63,185 nucleotides of DNA, filler included, from Octopus bimaculoides (GCF_001194135.2; 4 parts of 3 records of this genome joined end to end with filler, not necessarily neighbours in it); one strand, 5' to 3'; shown: positions 11,446 through 24,705, counted from the whole stretch's first letter. Numbers and translations: made by a program. Notes: generated from the letters alone by a model not told the origin.

Positions 11446-12640
11446 ACTAGCAGTATAGCCCGGCGCTGCTCGGGATTAAGCTAGGATTATTAAGTGATCA
11501 AGTGCTATATTTCAAACCAAAATAAGTAACATGGACATCAGATTTGAGCGAAATCCGTTGAAATTGGTTTGGCTGAAAATGGTTTGCTGGCAATTCGATT
11601 GGGAAATCCCATAAGGAATCAGTTTATTGGTTATTTCCACTCATTNNNNNNNNNNNNNNNNNNNNNNNNNNNNNNNNNNNNNNNNNNNNNNNNNNNNNNN
11701 NNNNNNNNNNNNNNNNNNNNNNNNNNNNNNNNNNNNNNNNNNNNNNNNNNNNNNNNNNNNNNNNNNNNNNNNNNNNNNNNNNNNNNNNNNNNNNNNNNNN
11801 NNNNNNNNNNNNNNNNNNNNNNNNNNNNNNNNNNNNNNNNNNNNNNNNNNNNNNNNNNNNNNNNNNNNNNNNNNNNNNNNNNNNNNNNNNNNNNNNNNNN
11901 NNNNNNNNNNNNNNNNNNNNNNNNNNNNNNNNNNNNNNNNNNNNNNNNNNNNNNNNNNNNNNNNNNNNNNNNNNNNNNNNNNNNNNNNNNNNNNNNNNNN
12001 NNNNNNNNNNNNNNNNNNNNNNNNNNNNNNNNNNNNNNNNNNNNNNNNNNNNNNNNNNNNNNNNNNNNNNNNNNNNNNNNNNNNNNNNNNNNNNNNNNNN
12101 NNNNNNNNNNNNNNNNNNNNNNNNNNNNNNNNNNNNNNNNNNNNNNNNNNNNNNNNNNNNNNNNNNNNNNNNNNNNNNNNNNNNNNNNNNNNNNNNNNNN
12201 NNNNNNNNNNNNNNNNNNNNNNNNNNNNNNNNNNNNNNNNNNNNNNNNNNNNNNNNNNNNNNNNNNNNNNNNNNNNNNNNNNNNNNNNNNNNNNNNNNNN
12301 NNNNNNNNNNNNNNNNNNNNNNNNNNNNNNNNNNNNNNNNNNNNNNNNNNNNNNNNNNNNNNNNNNNNNNNNNNNNNNNNNNNNNNNNNNNNNTCTCTCT
12401 CTCCTTCACGCGCGTACGCACAGATTTGACTTCGCCATGTCAACAAACTTCAAAATTGGTAAAAGTTTATCGATTTTTACAGCTATACGCGGGTGCCTCT
12501 GAGAGAAAAAGTTGACGAAAACGCAGGTAGGGTCATGAACAATGTCCTCCTAAAATTGGAGCGACATGCGTGCTAATTTGTGGACGTGCATAAACTACAT
12601 TCACGTACGTACACACACACACATCCTCTCTTTTATAGAT
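11446..12640 (+). mobile_element. Non-autonomous Helitron/DINE-like element spanning an assembly gap
   Basis: Starts actagcagtatagcccggcgctgctcggg (short subterminal hairpin) and ends with a CA tract then atcctctcttttatagat, the recalled end pattern of invertebrate Helitron-like elements; 747 N inside. Confidence 0.4.
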
Positions 12641-13232
12641 TTGTGTGTGTAATTTTGTATGTATTGTTTTATTTAATTTTTTTTTTGCCCCATGAAACTG
12701 ACTCTAACCTGGTTTTCCAGGCCCCTTCAAACTATTTAACTATAAATAGATACCAGACTATATTTATTGTCTTAGCTAAAACAGCAATAAATTTACTTTA
12801 CTGTAAATTAATTGTTTTTCCCCATTGACAGACAAGGGTTGACAATCTAAATGAGCTCTAATAAGGTAGAAACATGTTAGGTTTGTCCAAGTATCTGCCA
12901 AAACTAAGGCTACTTAAAGCACAGTGCCTCCTTCCAAACTTATTTGCTGGGAAATTTGATGCATCAACTTGTTTAAAAAACACAATTTCAAATTGTCTCC
13001 TTTGCTTTCGTTTGGTTTATTTAGTCAGTGTTCAACTGGGTTTGCCTCTTTTAGATTCAGATACAGCCTGATTAAATTGAAGTTATTGTGTTGACTGCAT
13101 TGTATAAGTATTTATTTGACTATCTACTTAACTGTTTCGATACCAACCTGCCTGGGACTGACCCCAATTCCATGATACAAATTTCCAGTTTTAAAACCTT
13201 CCATAAAATTTCCATGTTAATTTATATGCCAA

Positions 13233-13615
13233 TTGTTGGCACTCCGTCGCTTATGACGATTAGGGTTCCAGTTGATCCGATCAACAGAACAGCCTGCTTG
13301 TGAAATTAACATGCAAGTGGCTGAGCACTCCACAAACACATGTACCCTTAATGTAATTCTCTGGGATATTCAGCATGATACAGTGTGACAAGGCTGACCA
13401 TTTGAAATATAGGTACAACAGAAACAAGAAGAAAGAGTGAAAGAAAGTTGTGGTGAAAGAGTACAGCAGGGTTCACCACCATCCCCTACCAGAGCCTTGT
13501 GGAACTTTAGGTGTTTTCGCTCAATAAACACTCACAACGCCCAGTCTGGGAATCGAAACCGCGATCCTACGACCACGAGTCTGCTGCCCTAACCACTGGG
13601 CCATTGCGCCTCCAC
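13233..13615 (-). mobile_element. tRNA-derived SINE family D (CpG-decayed copy)
   Basis: Colinear with 61652-62038; minus-strand head gcgcaatggcccagtggttagggcagcagac..ggtttcgattcccagac has A and B boxes. Confidence 0.9.
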
Positions 13616-14089
13616 TTATATGCCAAACACCAACATAATAAGGACAAGGGTATTTTACTAAATCCATCATTATCTTCAAATTTAATTGAAACAAAGACAG
13701 TGTATTCCAACAGAAATATGAGGCAAGCTTAGCTGAAGAAGCTGCCTGTGTACTATTGCTCAGCCTATTAGAAATAACAGCCAAACTATCACTTATCTTA
13801 ATACGAAAATAAAGTACACATTAGATATTGTAGCTGTAGGTTTAGGAAAAGACATGGATGGGTCTGCCTTAGTCATAAATCTTCTAGATCAAGGCTGAAC
13901 TGGGACTAAACAACAACAACAACAACTAAGGAAGTTGTTGAAATATCTTCTTGTACTTGAATTACATAATATCAGTAAAGTAAAAGATCTTTCCAGCCAA
14001 CATCACTTGTTTCTATGTAGATTATAGTTTGTTTTATTTTCTTTCCTGAAACATATATATATATATATATATATTTCTCTCTTCATCAG

Positions 14090-14181
14090 TCATAATAAGC
14101 TTCTGATTGTAAATAATATGTTGATAGGGATTCCTGGCTGATATCGTCTAAGATCCGCTAGAACATTAAAAACATAAAACC
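14090..14181 (-). CDS. Candidate terminal exon of an unidentified gene (xFYVFNVLADLRRYQPGIPINILFTIRSLL*)
   Basis: Strong acceptor ttattttctttttaactgcag|, 30 open codons to TGA, two CpGs retained in a CpG-depleted domain, AATAAA about 55 nt downstream. No homology recognised. Confidence 0.38.
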
Positions 14182-14715
14182 CTGCAGTTAAAAAGAAAAT
14201 AATCTCTCCAATCAGAGTTATCTTGCTCACACCAGACGGGCTATATTTTAAAATGTTTTGCTGCACCATCCCTCACTGATCTTGGTAATTAATCCCTCTT
14301 CACTGTTGTTTTTGTCATGGCTAGACCTACTTCAATACATAAATCTCTAGATTTCGTCTTACTTTGCAAAAGTAAAACATCAACAAGAATCTGTCTTAAA
14401 CAACATCTGTTCTTGCTTCTCTCTCTCTCTCAACAGAACGCCAGCTTCAGATTACTTAACAATGGTAGAAATAATATTCCTTTCGAACCATTTTTACTTT
14501 TCTTTCTTTTTCTTCCTGTCTCTCCTTTCTTTCTCTCCCCCATCTTTTGCCTAAATTCTTCCTAAACACATCCACTTCATTTCATAACAACCTTCCAAAA
14601 TATTCCCATTTAATTATCTGATACCAAAATACTAATGTTGACTTGGTCGCAGGTCAACATACTAGGCACAATTGTTGATCGTAGGTCAACATACTAGGAG
14701 AAATTTCAACCACAA

Positions 14716-14880
14716 GTGTGATTGTAAAGCTTGCTTCTGAACCACATGGTTTTGGGTTCAGTCTTACAGCATAACACTTTGGGCAAGTGTCCTTCTACTT
14801 TAGACCCATGCCAACCAAAGCCCTCTGAGTGAATTTTATAGATAGAAACTGAAAGAAACCGCTCTTTGTATGTGAGACTC
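14716..14880 (+). mobile_element. SINE family A, CpG-decayed
   Basis: aagcttgcttctgaaccacatggttttgggttcagtc..tttgggcaagtgtccttctac..atagaaactgaaagaaacc. Confidence 0.75.
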
Positions 14881-15992
14881 TTTGTTTTGACATTGAGTGA
14901 TAGTTATAAATGAGTGACACAGTCAAGCAAAAACTGTTACTCATTTCCAGTCTTCCATGAAAAACATGTCTGGCCAAAGGGAGTTATTACTTGCTTGGAA
15001 ACAGGTGATAGGAAGGGCGTTTGTCCATAGAAAAGTCTGCTTCAATAAATTTTGTCTAACCCATACAAACATAGAAAAGTAAACATTAAATAAAATGAGG
15101 ATGATGTGTGTGTATTTGAGAGTGAGTGTGGTGCATGTATTAGAAAATATGTGGTCAAATAGCTTTTTCAACTAATATGTAAGATAATAGGTATGTCAAG
15201 ATGTCAGCTGGGTGCAGGCATTAAAGAATTCAAATAGCATTTGTTTTTATTTATTTATTTATTTCCTGCAATTTATTTCAGGAACTAAGTTGCTCTTGTC
15301 ATCACATTGTCAGTTATAATAACAAACATTGAATTTGCAAGCAAATAAAAATACAAATATGTAACACAAACTGTGTGAGGATTATCAACAGGAAACAGAA
15401 ATTGTCCTAAAATTCATGAAAGAACTGGTTAATTTTATTTTATCAATCTACCCTTTTCAGTGAAAGAATCTCAATTAATAAAATTAAAGACATTTTCTTC
15501 AATTTTGTCAAATGATTTGTTCTGGCACCTTCATTATTGTTTGCCACATAGAAAAATAAAGTTTATCTTGTATATAATTAATACTGGAATAGTAGGTTCA
15601 CATTTTTATCATTAAATATAAAGAATTATTTATGATTTTTCTCAAAAGACTTCTATTTTTTTTTTATCTCCACTCTAAATGTCAACAACACAGTCAACAA
15701 CAAATGAAATATCTTTTATTTATTCTTTGTTTGCTGAGATATCTTTTATTTAAAAGACTTATCTAGGAAACACGAAAAGAACATTGGTTAGTAATAGCCA
15801 GAGTTTCATTATTTGAATAATTTATTCTTAATGTCTTTGTGTTAATGTAGCAAAAATATCTAGAAACCCAATGAATGTTTGGTAGCATATCTTGCCTTTA
15901 TTTGTTTAAAACAAAAGACTTTTGAAAAAGTCCTTACTTTTTAAATTCCGCACACATAAGTAGCTGTGTTAGTTGGTTGCTTAGGTAGGTGG

Positions 15993-16235
15993 GTAGTTAG
16001 CTGTGGTTAAGTAGTTTGCTTCTCAACCATGTGGTTGTGAGTTCAGTCCCATTGTGTGACATGTTGCACTGGTGTCTTTTAATATAGATAGATTTGTTGG
16101 GATTCCTTTAATTTCCATCTACCAATTCCATTGATGAGCCCAATTCTATGATGGAAGACACCTGCCCTCAATACCACATAGTAGGAGCAACTCCAAAATT
16201 AGGAGGTTGTGTAATGAACTTAATAACATATGCAC
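15993..16235. mobile_element. Two truncated family A SINEs, tail-to-tail
   Basis: + copy about 15993-16085, - copy about 16100-16235; both heavily diverged. Confidence 0.6.
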
Positions 16236-16483
16236 ACACCTGTGGATATATGTGTATGTGTGTAATATCTTATATGTACAATTAGATGTACAACTACCAT
16301 ATGAGTTAGTTCCATGTAGATTATCTTTATCCAGTCAGCTTCTAGTGTAGTGGTTAGACTACCACTGTGCTTAATCATGTTACTAGTTATATTTATTTGT
16401 GTTTTATTGCTCAGTCTTTTCTTTCTTTCTTTTTTTTCTCTCCACTACTTGCTTTCTTTCTACTTCCTTCTCTAAATAATTAC

Positions 16484-16602
16484 CATGTGTCTGACTCTAG
16501 ATATTAAATGTCTGTAACAGTATACAAATAAAGTGTTCTGATGATCCATTGTAGTTAGGCATCCAATTGCTCTTATAATATCCAATGCCAAGTTCCAAAT
16601 AA
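16484..16602 (-). CDS. Candidate internal exon (xIWNLALDIIRAIGCLTTMDHQNTLFVYCYRHLISRVRHM)
   Basis: Acceptor tttcaccattgcag|, donor ATG|gtaatt, 119 nt open. No homology recognised. Confidence 0.33.
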
Positions 16603-17589
16603 CTGCAATGGTGAAACATACATAGGAACTATTTATTATAATTCATACTTGTTTTATTTTCCCCTAAACATACACACACCCACACACAGTACTAAGCAGT
16701 GATGAGGAATAAACAAACTTTAGGTTAGTGCAAATATTTTTGTGATATATTTTAACTACTAAAGGCATTTTCACTGCAGTTCAACATGGAGAAAAAAAAA
16801 TTTCAGATATGGTAGAACATGTAAAAACACCCATATCAGCTTAGTGGTGCCATCTCTCAGACTCCCGGATGCATTTCTGACCCCTTAACCTTCCTCAGTA
16901 GGAGGTACCAGAGGGAGATAACCCTGAGTTGATTAAGTGTCTGTCCAGTTGTTCATTCAGATGGACAACCTACTCAATTGAATTAGCATGCAAAGTGGCT
17001 GAATATTCTACAAACGTGCTGTATACTTAATGTAGCTCTCAAGTAAAATCAGTGACAGAGATGTGACTCAGCCAGCACCTTTGAATTAGACAGAAGTCCA
17101 TTTAAGAGGCTTCTTCACAATTCCATCTGCAAAAACTTACAAGTCATGGATCAACCTACGGCTATGGTAAAGCCACTTGCCTAAGACAACACACACTGGG
17201 ATTGAACCCATTATACTATTGGTTACAGAGCAAACTTCTTCACTACTCTGTCACTAATAATTTTTCTTTTGGTTATATATTATTCCGTGTGCGTGTGTGT
17301 GTGTGTGTGTGCTAATGAAGAAAGCTAATTATTTTCTTCGCTTCAATGCAATTAGTATGATTTTAGTTCATGACTAATTTATGTTACATGTCAACATTGT
17401 TCAGCGAATGGAACTTTATTATTTATGAGCAACAATGAATTATATTAAAAAAGCACAAAACTTACTAATCCTTAAGTCTACAGTGCTGGGTAAAGTGTGG
17501 GGTGATGGGGTATGATAAACCCCTAATTTATCATAATGTCTTTACCCCCTTATTAGAATAATGAATTGGCAAAGAGTGCTGGAGGAAAA

Positions 17590-18445
17590 TGCCTTGCATT
17601 ATTCATTACACCTCTTTATGTTCTGAGTTCAAATGCTACCGAGGTCAACATTACTTTTCACCCTTCTGGAGTGAGTGATAATGGCTAACCTCTCTCCTCC
17701 CCAAAATTACTGGCTTTGTGTGTAAATTAGACATCCATAACCAGTTAAATACTGGGATTGATAGTATAGACTAATCCCCTTCCACTCAGAGTTTTTGGTC
17801 TTGTGCCTAAATTAGAAATCCCTTATGATTTCTATGTCTTAGGTGGCTAGCTGGCAGAACAATTAGAATGCTGGACAAAATGCTTAGTGGCATTTCACCC
17901 GTCTAAATTTTGACTGCAAATTCTGCCAAGGTCGACTTTAGGGTCGATAAAATAAGTAACACTCAAACACTGGGGTGGGGGGGTGTAATTTACTCCCCCC
18001 CCCCTCCCCTCAAAAACTGTTGGCCTTGCACCGAAATTTGAAACAAATTATTATTTCTGATTCTTAACATTCTGTGTTTAAATCCAGCTGAAGTCAACTT
18101 TGCCTTTCATCATTTTGGGCTCAACGAAAATAAAGTATTTGTCACATACTGGGGTCCGCATTATCAACTAACTCGTTCCTCTCAAAGCTGTTGGCCTTGT
18201 ACCTAAATCTGAAACCACTATTTTTATTGTCGTTGTTAAGGCAGTGAGCTGGCAGAATCATTAGCATGCTGGATGAAATGCTGCTAAGCATTTTGTTTGT
18301 CCTTTATATTCTTAGTTCAAATACTGTCATGGTCGACTTCACTTTTCATCCTTTCAGGGCTTGATGAAATAAACACTGGAGTCAGTGTAATCAACTAGCC
18401 CTCTTTCCCAAAATTTCAGGCATTGTACCAATAATAAAACTGTTT

Positions 18446-18477
<32 letters not shown>

Positions 18478-18620
18478 CATGGAAGGAGATTGGTACAGCT
18501 GCTAAAACACTGAACAAAATGCATTGTGGTAATTGTTCTGTTCTTTTTTCATTCTGAATTCAGATCCCTCTGGCATAAACTTTGACTTTCATCCCCCCAC
18601 GCTTGATAAAATAAATTATC
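17590..18620 (+). mobile_element. Head-to-tail cluster of about 6 old family C SINE copies
   Basis: Repeated ctgagttcaaat..gaggtc(a/g)actt..tttcatcc..ataaaataa..cactggggt..aaatttgaaac units, all on +, with CpG converted to TG/CA. Confidence 0.8.
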
Positions 18621-19297
18621 TGGCTTTAACTTATTTACTAACCTTTTGTTACCATGTTTCCGTTAGAATACACCACCTTTATTTCATTTAATTTTGAAAA
18701 TAATAAGATATTTAGTAAAATAATTTTGTTGTTAGCAAACTGATGTTTAGAACATAAACCAATGAGGAATTGTGATGGAAGGTTTTAATTTAGGTAATGT
18801 ACTTGCCAGGCAGGTGATTTGACCTCAGATTATGTATTGAAATTAAAACCACTGAGTGTGGAAGACACTTATTTGCCATTCAAATGCACACAAAGACTAT
18901 TTATTCACAGTGGAATCACATCAGTGACCAGGTCATAAATTGTGTGACAAAAATTTTGATACCAAATAATAAATGTTTAAGTGAAGTTAATAGTTTCTGT
19001 GTGTTTTTGAATGTCTTTCACACTGCATTGGTGTTAATTTAGATCTTTCTAAAACAGAAAACGTGTGTCATATATCCAGGGTGGACTTGGGCAGGTTTTT
19101 ATTAAAAGAGTTTTAAAAAATTACATGTTCTCTCTTTACTTTTGAATAACATCAAATTATATTTTGGTTCAGTAAAGCTACAAGTTCTAAAACTTTTATA
19201 AAAGATCCATACACTTATTGATTTCATAGGTTATGAGTTGTGGAGCAAGGATTTAAAATACAAAATATTATAATTCCTTAGCAAACTCTAACGGATC

Positions 19298-19474
19298 TCA
19301 GTTATATTTCTTGTATTCATAAACCTTATCGTTATTCCTTAATTCTTTCATTTTCTTTCCCTTCATCCGAGATTCTTTCAAAATTTCATTTCCGCTGATT
19401 CCTATACTTTTACTAAATACTTCTTCAGTCATCTCATTCATAAGCAGTATTTCAGTGTTGCACAGTCTTTCAAG
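19298..19474 (-). CDS. Candidate exon (LERLCNTEILLMNEMTEEVFSKSIGISGNEILKESRMKGKKMKELRNNDK, then donor at 19325 or VYEYKKYN*)
   Basis: Long polypyrimidine acceptor ttttctttttttcaaatttattttattgaag|, E/K-rich non-repetitive frame, three CpGs retained in the depleted domain. Confidence 0.42.
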   Translation of the reverse strand, partial: LERLCNTEILLMNEMTEEVFSKSIGISGNEILKESRMKGKKMKELRNNDKVYEYKKYN

Positions 19475-19544
19475 CTTCAATAAAATAAATTTGAAAAAAA
19501 GAAAATATGTTAAAAATTCTAAATAGAGCCAAAGGGAAATCATT

Positions 19545-19605
<61 letters not shown>

Positions 19606-19827
19606 AGAATAACAGAAACCAATTTTATGTGCTCAATAGAAAATAAGTTGGCTCTCAGTATTTATATAATCTTGATAAATAATAATAATAGTAATAATGA
19701 TAATAATAAATTGTCAAAGAAACATTTCAGGTGTTCTATAAAATTTCACTCACAGAATTTGCAACTATTTTAAGATTTTTAAAATTGCCATAAAATTTCT
19801 TTGATTTTTATGATGTTTATTTCTATT

Positions 19828-19952
19828 TTATTTTTCTGCTGATAGCGTTGGTGGTGGCGAGAACCTATCATCTTCCTGCTTAAGGTTTCCATCATCATAA
19901 TGTAATACGTAAAGATAACAAGCATAAGCAAACATACATTGGCTAAGATGTT
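19828..19952 (-). CDS. Candidate exon (xHLSQCMFAYACYLYVLHYDDGNLKQEDDRFSPPPTLSAEK*); 3' boundary uncertain
   Basis: Very strong acceptor tttctttctttttgttttttcattttcctataag|; three CpGs retained; no strong donor before the stop. Confidence 0.33.
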
Positions 19953-20257
19953 CTTATAGGAAAATGAAAAAACAAAAAGAAAGAAATATAAATCCATGTT
20001 TCTGAGAGTTTTAAGAGATTTGAAATAGCTATGAAGGTTATTAAAAATTAGAGATAAAAAAAAAAAAAAGGATTTAAGAAAATATCTCATGTCACACTCA
20101 TCAAAACTATCTTGGTACTTTAATGTTTGCGACTACTTTCAGACTTTCAATTATTTTACTTGTACTAGTGTAATTACTCAGTGGTCATACCCACCAGTTG
20201 GCTACAGAAGGAGTGACCCAATAACTTGCTAAGTTGTGCGACAAGTATAAGGAAGTT

Positions 20258-21215
20258 GAAGTCCAAGATCACTAAACATCTGTCAGTACAGCACATGAAG
20301 AAGTATCATCTGTCTTCTCAGACAAAACTGACTCTAGTTCAAGTGATTATCATAAAATGATCTAGAATCAAACATTGGCTTAATGTAGTTATCTTTTTTA
20401 ATGTATTGATCAATCCAAAGTGTCAAGCTGGCAGAATTGATAGTACACCAGTCATTATGCTTAGCAGCATTTTTTTTTTCTGTCTACATTCTGAGTTCAA
20501 ATTCTATTGAGGTCATCTTTGCCTTTCATCTTTTCAGGGTCGATAAAATAGGTGCCAGTTGAGCATTTGGGTCAATGTAATTGACTTATTCCTTTCCCTG
20601 AAATTACTGGCCTCATACCAAAATCTAGACACAATATATTAACCAATCATCTCCCTTCAAAATTGCTGGTCTTCTACCTTGACTTTGTTTTCTGTGTTCA
20701 AATCCTACTGAAGTTGACTTCGCCTTTCTTTATTTTTGGGTTGATAAAATAAAGTACCAGTCAAGTTCTGGAATTGATGATAGCAACTAACTCTACTTCT
20801 ACTCAAAATCTGCTGACCTTGTGGCTGACACAGAAACCAGCCGGTTGAATTGTTAGCGTTTCAGATAGTCCAAGATTGCCAACATCTGCAAGCAAAGCAC
20901 ATGGAGAAGTATCATCTCTCTTCTCAGACAAAATTGACTCTACTTAGAGTGATTATCATATAATGATCCAGAATCAAAAATTGGTTGATGTAGTTACTAC
21001 CTTCTTAATATATTTATCAATCGTCTCTCTTCAAAATTGCTGAACTTCTGCCTTGATTTTGCTTTTTGAGTTCAAATCCTGCCAGGGTTGATTTTTGTGT
21101 TTGAGTTGATAAAATAAAGTACCAGTCAAGTTCAGGGATTGATGATAATGACTTCTCCTACAACCACTCAAAATTTGCTGACCTTGGGACTAAAATAGAG
21201 ATCAGCTGGTTGAAC
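20258..21215. repeat. Local tandem duplication (unit 1 20258-20865, unit 2 20866-21215)
   Basis: gtccaagat..aacatctg..agcacatg.agaagtatcatct.tcttctcagacaaaa.tgactcta occurs twice, followed by the same SINE fragment; unit 1 has an extra insert of about 230 bp. Confidence 0.85.
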
Positions 21216-21930
21216 CATTGGTATGTTGGATAAAATACTTGGCAACATTTCTTCAAGTTAACAAAGGCAGGAATTGAGCTCAGTGTGTAAACACTGGGCT
21301 CAATTCTTGCCAAGGCTAACTTTGACTTTCATCCTCTCAGAGCCAATGAAATAAAGTACCAGTAATTGGCTAACACCGACCCACTAAAAATTCGTAGCCT
21401 TGTGGCAAAATTTAAAACCATTATTATTATTATTATTTAGAAAGCTGGCAGAATTGTTAGCATACTGGACAAAATGCTTTGTGGCATTTCGTCTGTCTTT
21501 ATGTTCCAAGTTCAAATTCTGTCAAGGTCAACTTTGCCTCCTATCTTTCTTTATATTCTGAATTTGAATTCTGCCAAGATTGACTTTGCCTTTCATCTTT
21601 TGGGGATCAATAAAACAAGTACCAGTTGAGCACTGGGGTTGATGTAATTAAATGTCCCTTTCCCCCCAAATTTCAAGCCTTGTGTCTGTAGTAGAAAAGA
21701 TTATTATCATTATTTAGTGAGCTGGCAGAATCATTAGCATGCTAAACAAAACGCTTAGCAGCATTTTGTCCATCTTTACATTCATCAGCATCAAGTTGAA
21801 ATTCCTCCGAGGTCAACTTTGCCTTTCATCCTTCTGGGGTCAATCAAATAAATACCAGTTGTGCACTGATGTTCATGTAATTGAGTAGCCCCCTCTCTGG
21901 AAATTTTCTGGCCATGTGCCTTTAGTAGAA
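20425..21930 (+). mobile_element. Second head-to-tail cluster of about 7 family C SINE copies or fragments
   Basis: Repeated gctggcagaat..ttagcat..caaaatgctt..gttcaaattc..gaggtcaactttgcctttcatc units, all on +. Confidence 0.8.
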
Positions 21931-22424
21931 AGTTTATTATTGTAAGTGGTGGTGCTACTGCTGCCATTCATGAAATTATAATATTTGAACCTGAAAAATA
22001 AAATAACACACCGACACCACAGAATTTTGTGAATTCTATCTCTATATATCTGTAAGAATATATATTTGGTGTTGCTCTGAAAAAAATTTTAGGGTTCCAA
22101 ATTCTCTTTAGGGGATCTAGCCTGCAGCTATGTAAACATTCTAATCAGAGCTCTGACTGCACCCAATCTAAATGATATGCCCAACTAGGTCAAATTCATG
22201 ATCCCTTGGTTTTGACAGCCATATGTTTTCTTTGTAGGGGTTATAAGCCTCCCCCCACCCACCCACCAAATTATTTTAGATCAAGACTAAATATAGAATG
22301 TATGGAAACTAAATGATAAACATGTTGTAAGACATTATTATAAATTGCTACCAATTTGAGACAGGAAATAGAAAAAACAGGCTTTCTCTTTCTCTCTCTC
22401 ATATTAGTGATTATTGTGTTTTAA

Positions 22425-22770
22425 CCCTTTCATATTCAGATTACTCCATCAATTGTAATGATTAATTTATTCACATCATTTTGAATGATATTGTCTGTTA
22501 GGTGTGAGAAGTTGGATCTGATTGATTTGAACTTAAAACTGTTAGATTTGGGCCAGATATGACCAGTTTAATCTTTTAGCATTCAAACCAGCCAACTATT
22601 TCGTGCTCAAACCAACCAGATCTGGCCTTTCACACCTACCTGACAATGACACTCCAAAAATAATCAAATTATTTTGAATATTTCAAAGCCATGTGAAAAT
22701 GCATGGTTAATTCAAAACAAAGTGACTAAATAAGCATGACATTTGATAGAGTAATCTGAATGCTATAGGG
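22425..22770. mobile_element. piggyBac-like MITE
   Basis: TTAA|ccctttcatattcagattactccatc ... gatagagtaatctgaatgctataggg|TTTAA; inverted termini and TTAA-like target site. Confidence 0.75.
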
Positions 22771-23758
22771 TTTAATGTTAAATATTGAATATCTTAGCAA
22801 TCAGTCATAAGCATTTGACCCTATCAGTCAATCTTATCATTTGATTTTTAATAGTACTTTACATTAAATATCTTAGAAGCCAGTTATGACAATGAAAACA
22901 TGGAAAAGTAGAAGTTGAAACAATGACGAGGATGATAACTATGTGTATTTTGTTATTTATTAAATAATTAAAGAGTAATATGTATTTTATTCAATTAATA
23001 CCTTTTAATTGTTAATTACTTGCAATTTGCTGTTACTATAAAACTGAATATTTTAATCACTGATGGATTTTCCCGAGGTACTCATTTAAATTGGTTTTAA
23101 TAGATTCTTAATACAGCAGTGTTGTAAAAGTCTACTCATTCAAACATTAAAAAATTTGTGTTAACAGCATATTGTATAACTGGAAACAAATATGTGAAGA
23201 GGAAAGGAAATTATATTAGTTGATGGCTTGTTTCTTTTCTTTTTTTTTTCTTTTTTTTGGGGGGGGAGGGGGCAGTTATAGAGGACAACACTAGTCATGT
23301 TTCCATCTTATTCTGGGCTCACTAGTAAAGTATAGTTTTCACTGTATTTGCTTAAATCATGATGTAGGAACCACTATGTAAATGTACTGTACACAACTCT
23401 ACTATTGAATTCACCCAGTTAGAAAATAGATAAGACAGACAGATAATAAAAAAAATAGATACAAAGAAAGTTAGCTATAGATGTATTAATTAATCCTATT
23501 AGCTAGCGTTAAGAGATATCATCCAACCTTAAAAAAACAATTAAATACCGAGTTCAAGAAATCGCGGAATGCCCTACTTCTAGAAAATAACAAACAAAAA
23601 AGAACGTAAAGAAATAATATATATATTCAAAATCATGTTTCGGAAGCTTGCTTTTGTTACCAATCATAACCGGCTTAATTTTTCTTCTCTTTGTATGGTG
23701 CCACCTGAACATTATATATGCTTTCGAATAAAAGAAGAAAAAAAAATAGACCAGAAAG

Positions 23759-23760
<2 letters not shown>

Positions 23761-23816
<56 letters not shown>
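23761..23816. repeat. (TG)n microsatellite
   Basis: Direct. Confidence 0.95.
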
Positions 23817-23817
<1 letters not shown>

Positions 23818-24309
23818 TTGCCTGTTCAAATTTTGATGAGATTTTAAATAGACATAGGTTTCACTTGTATATGACAACTGGTTTTAGCTAAGACTACGAT
23901 GATACCTGTAAAGCCAGCCGCTAATAAATTCTTTAACACACAACATCAGGGGGTCTAGTTTTATTCTGTTGTTATTGTTAATATGTCATTTTATATTTAT
24001 TGAAGCATACCCGTCATTGTCGTTGTCATCGCTGTCTTATTCTTATGATGATTATTATTATTACAAGTGAAATAGCTTACTGAACCAAGAGAGAAAACTA
24101 TCCAACAGAAGTGGCAACTGTAACTAATATAGCTAGGTTCCTTTCAAGTTGTCAAAGCAGCCAATATTTATCATAATTGTCTACTTTACCAAGGGTGAAG
24201 ATGAATTGCTGAAGAGAAATAATGGCGGTGTGTCTGTTCACCTGTCTGTCTGTATGTATGTATGTTGTGAGAGAGGGGGCAGATAAATAAATGTGGTTCT
24301 TTTATTTGT

Positions 24310-24705
24310 TATAGTTAGCAGACTGTGGCCATGCTGGAGCATCAATTCGAAGTGGGGTTTTATTTTGTCTATCTTTTCAACAAACCGCCAAGTTAAAAGT
24401 GTTTTAACAAACCAACACCAGTTCTCAAGTTTCAACAGATATACACATATTTGTGTGTGTGTGCGTGTGTATTCACACAAATATACACACATTTATATAT
24501 CATATATCCTTCGTGTGTGTGTGTGAAGGACTTGTAAACAACTTCCATCTACAAATATTCACACACAACGGATTGATCGACCCAAGGCCATAACAGAAAT
24601 CACATACCAATGGTACCTGGTACCTTGCAGTGGGTTTGAACACCTCATCTGACTTCATGTAGTTGCCAAACAAGCTTCTTAACTACACAGCCAACACTGC
24701 ACCTA
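24310..24705 (-). mobile_element. SINE family A, CpG-decayed
   Basis: gactgtggccatgctggagcatc..ccatctacaaatattcac..ccaaggccataacagaa..gcagtgggtttgaacacc..aagcttcttaactacacagcc. Confidence 0.7.

Noticed and set aside
10457-12502. Long X-containing ORFs here and at 30524-31921, 34928-35957, 39330-39836, 42375-42612 and 49376-50343
   Set aside because: Artefacts of translating N-runs.
16555-16630. + frame YNIQCQVPNNCNGETYIGT resembling a GIY-YIG motif
   Set aside because: Spacing is off, no adjacent RT sequence, and the opposite strand has a better exon candidate.
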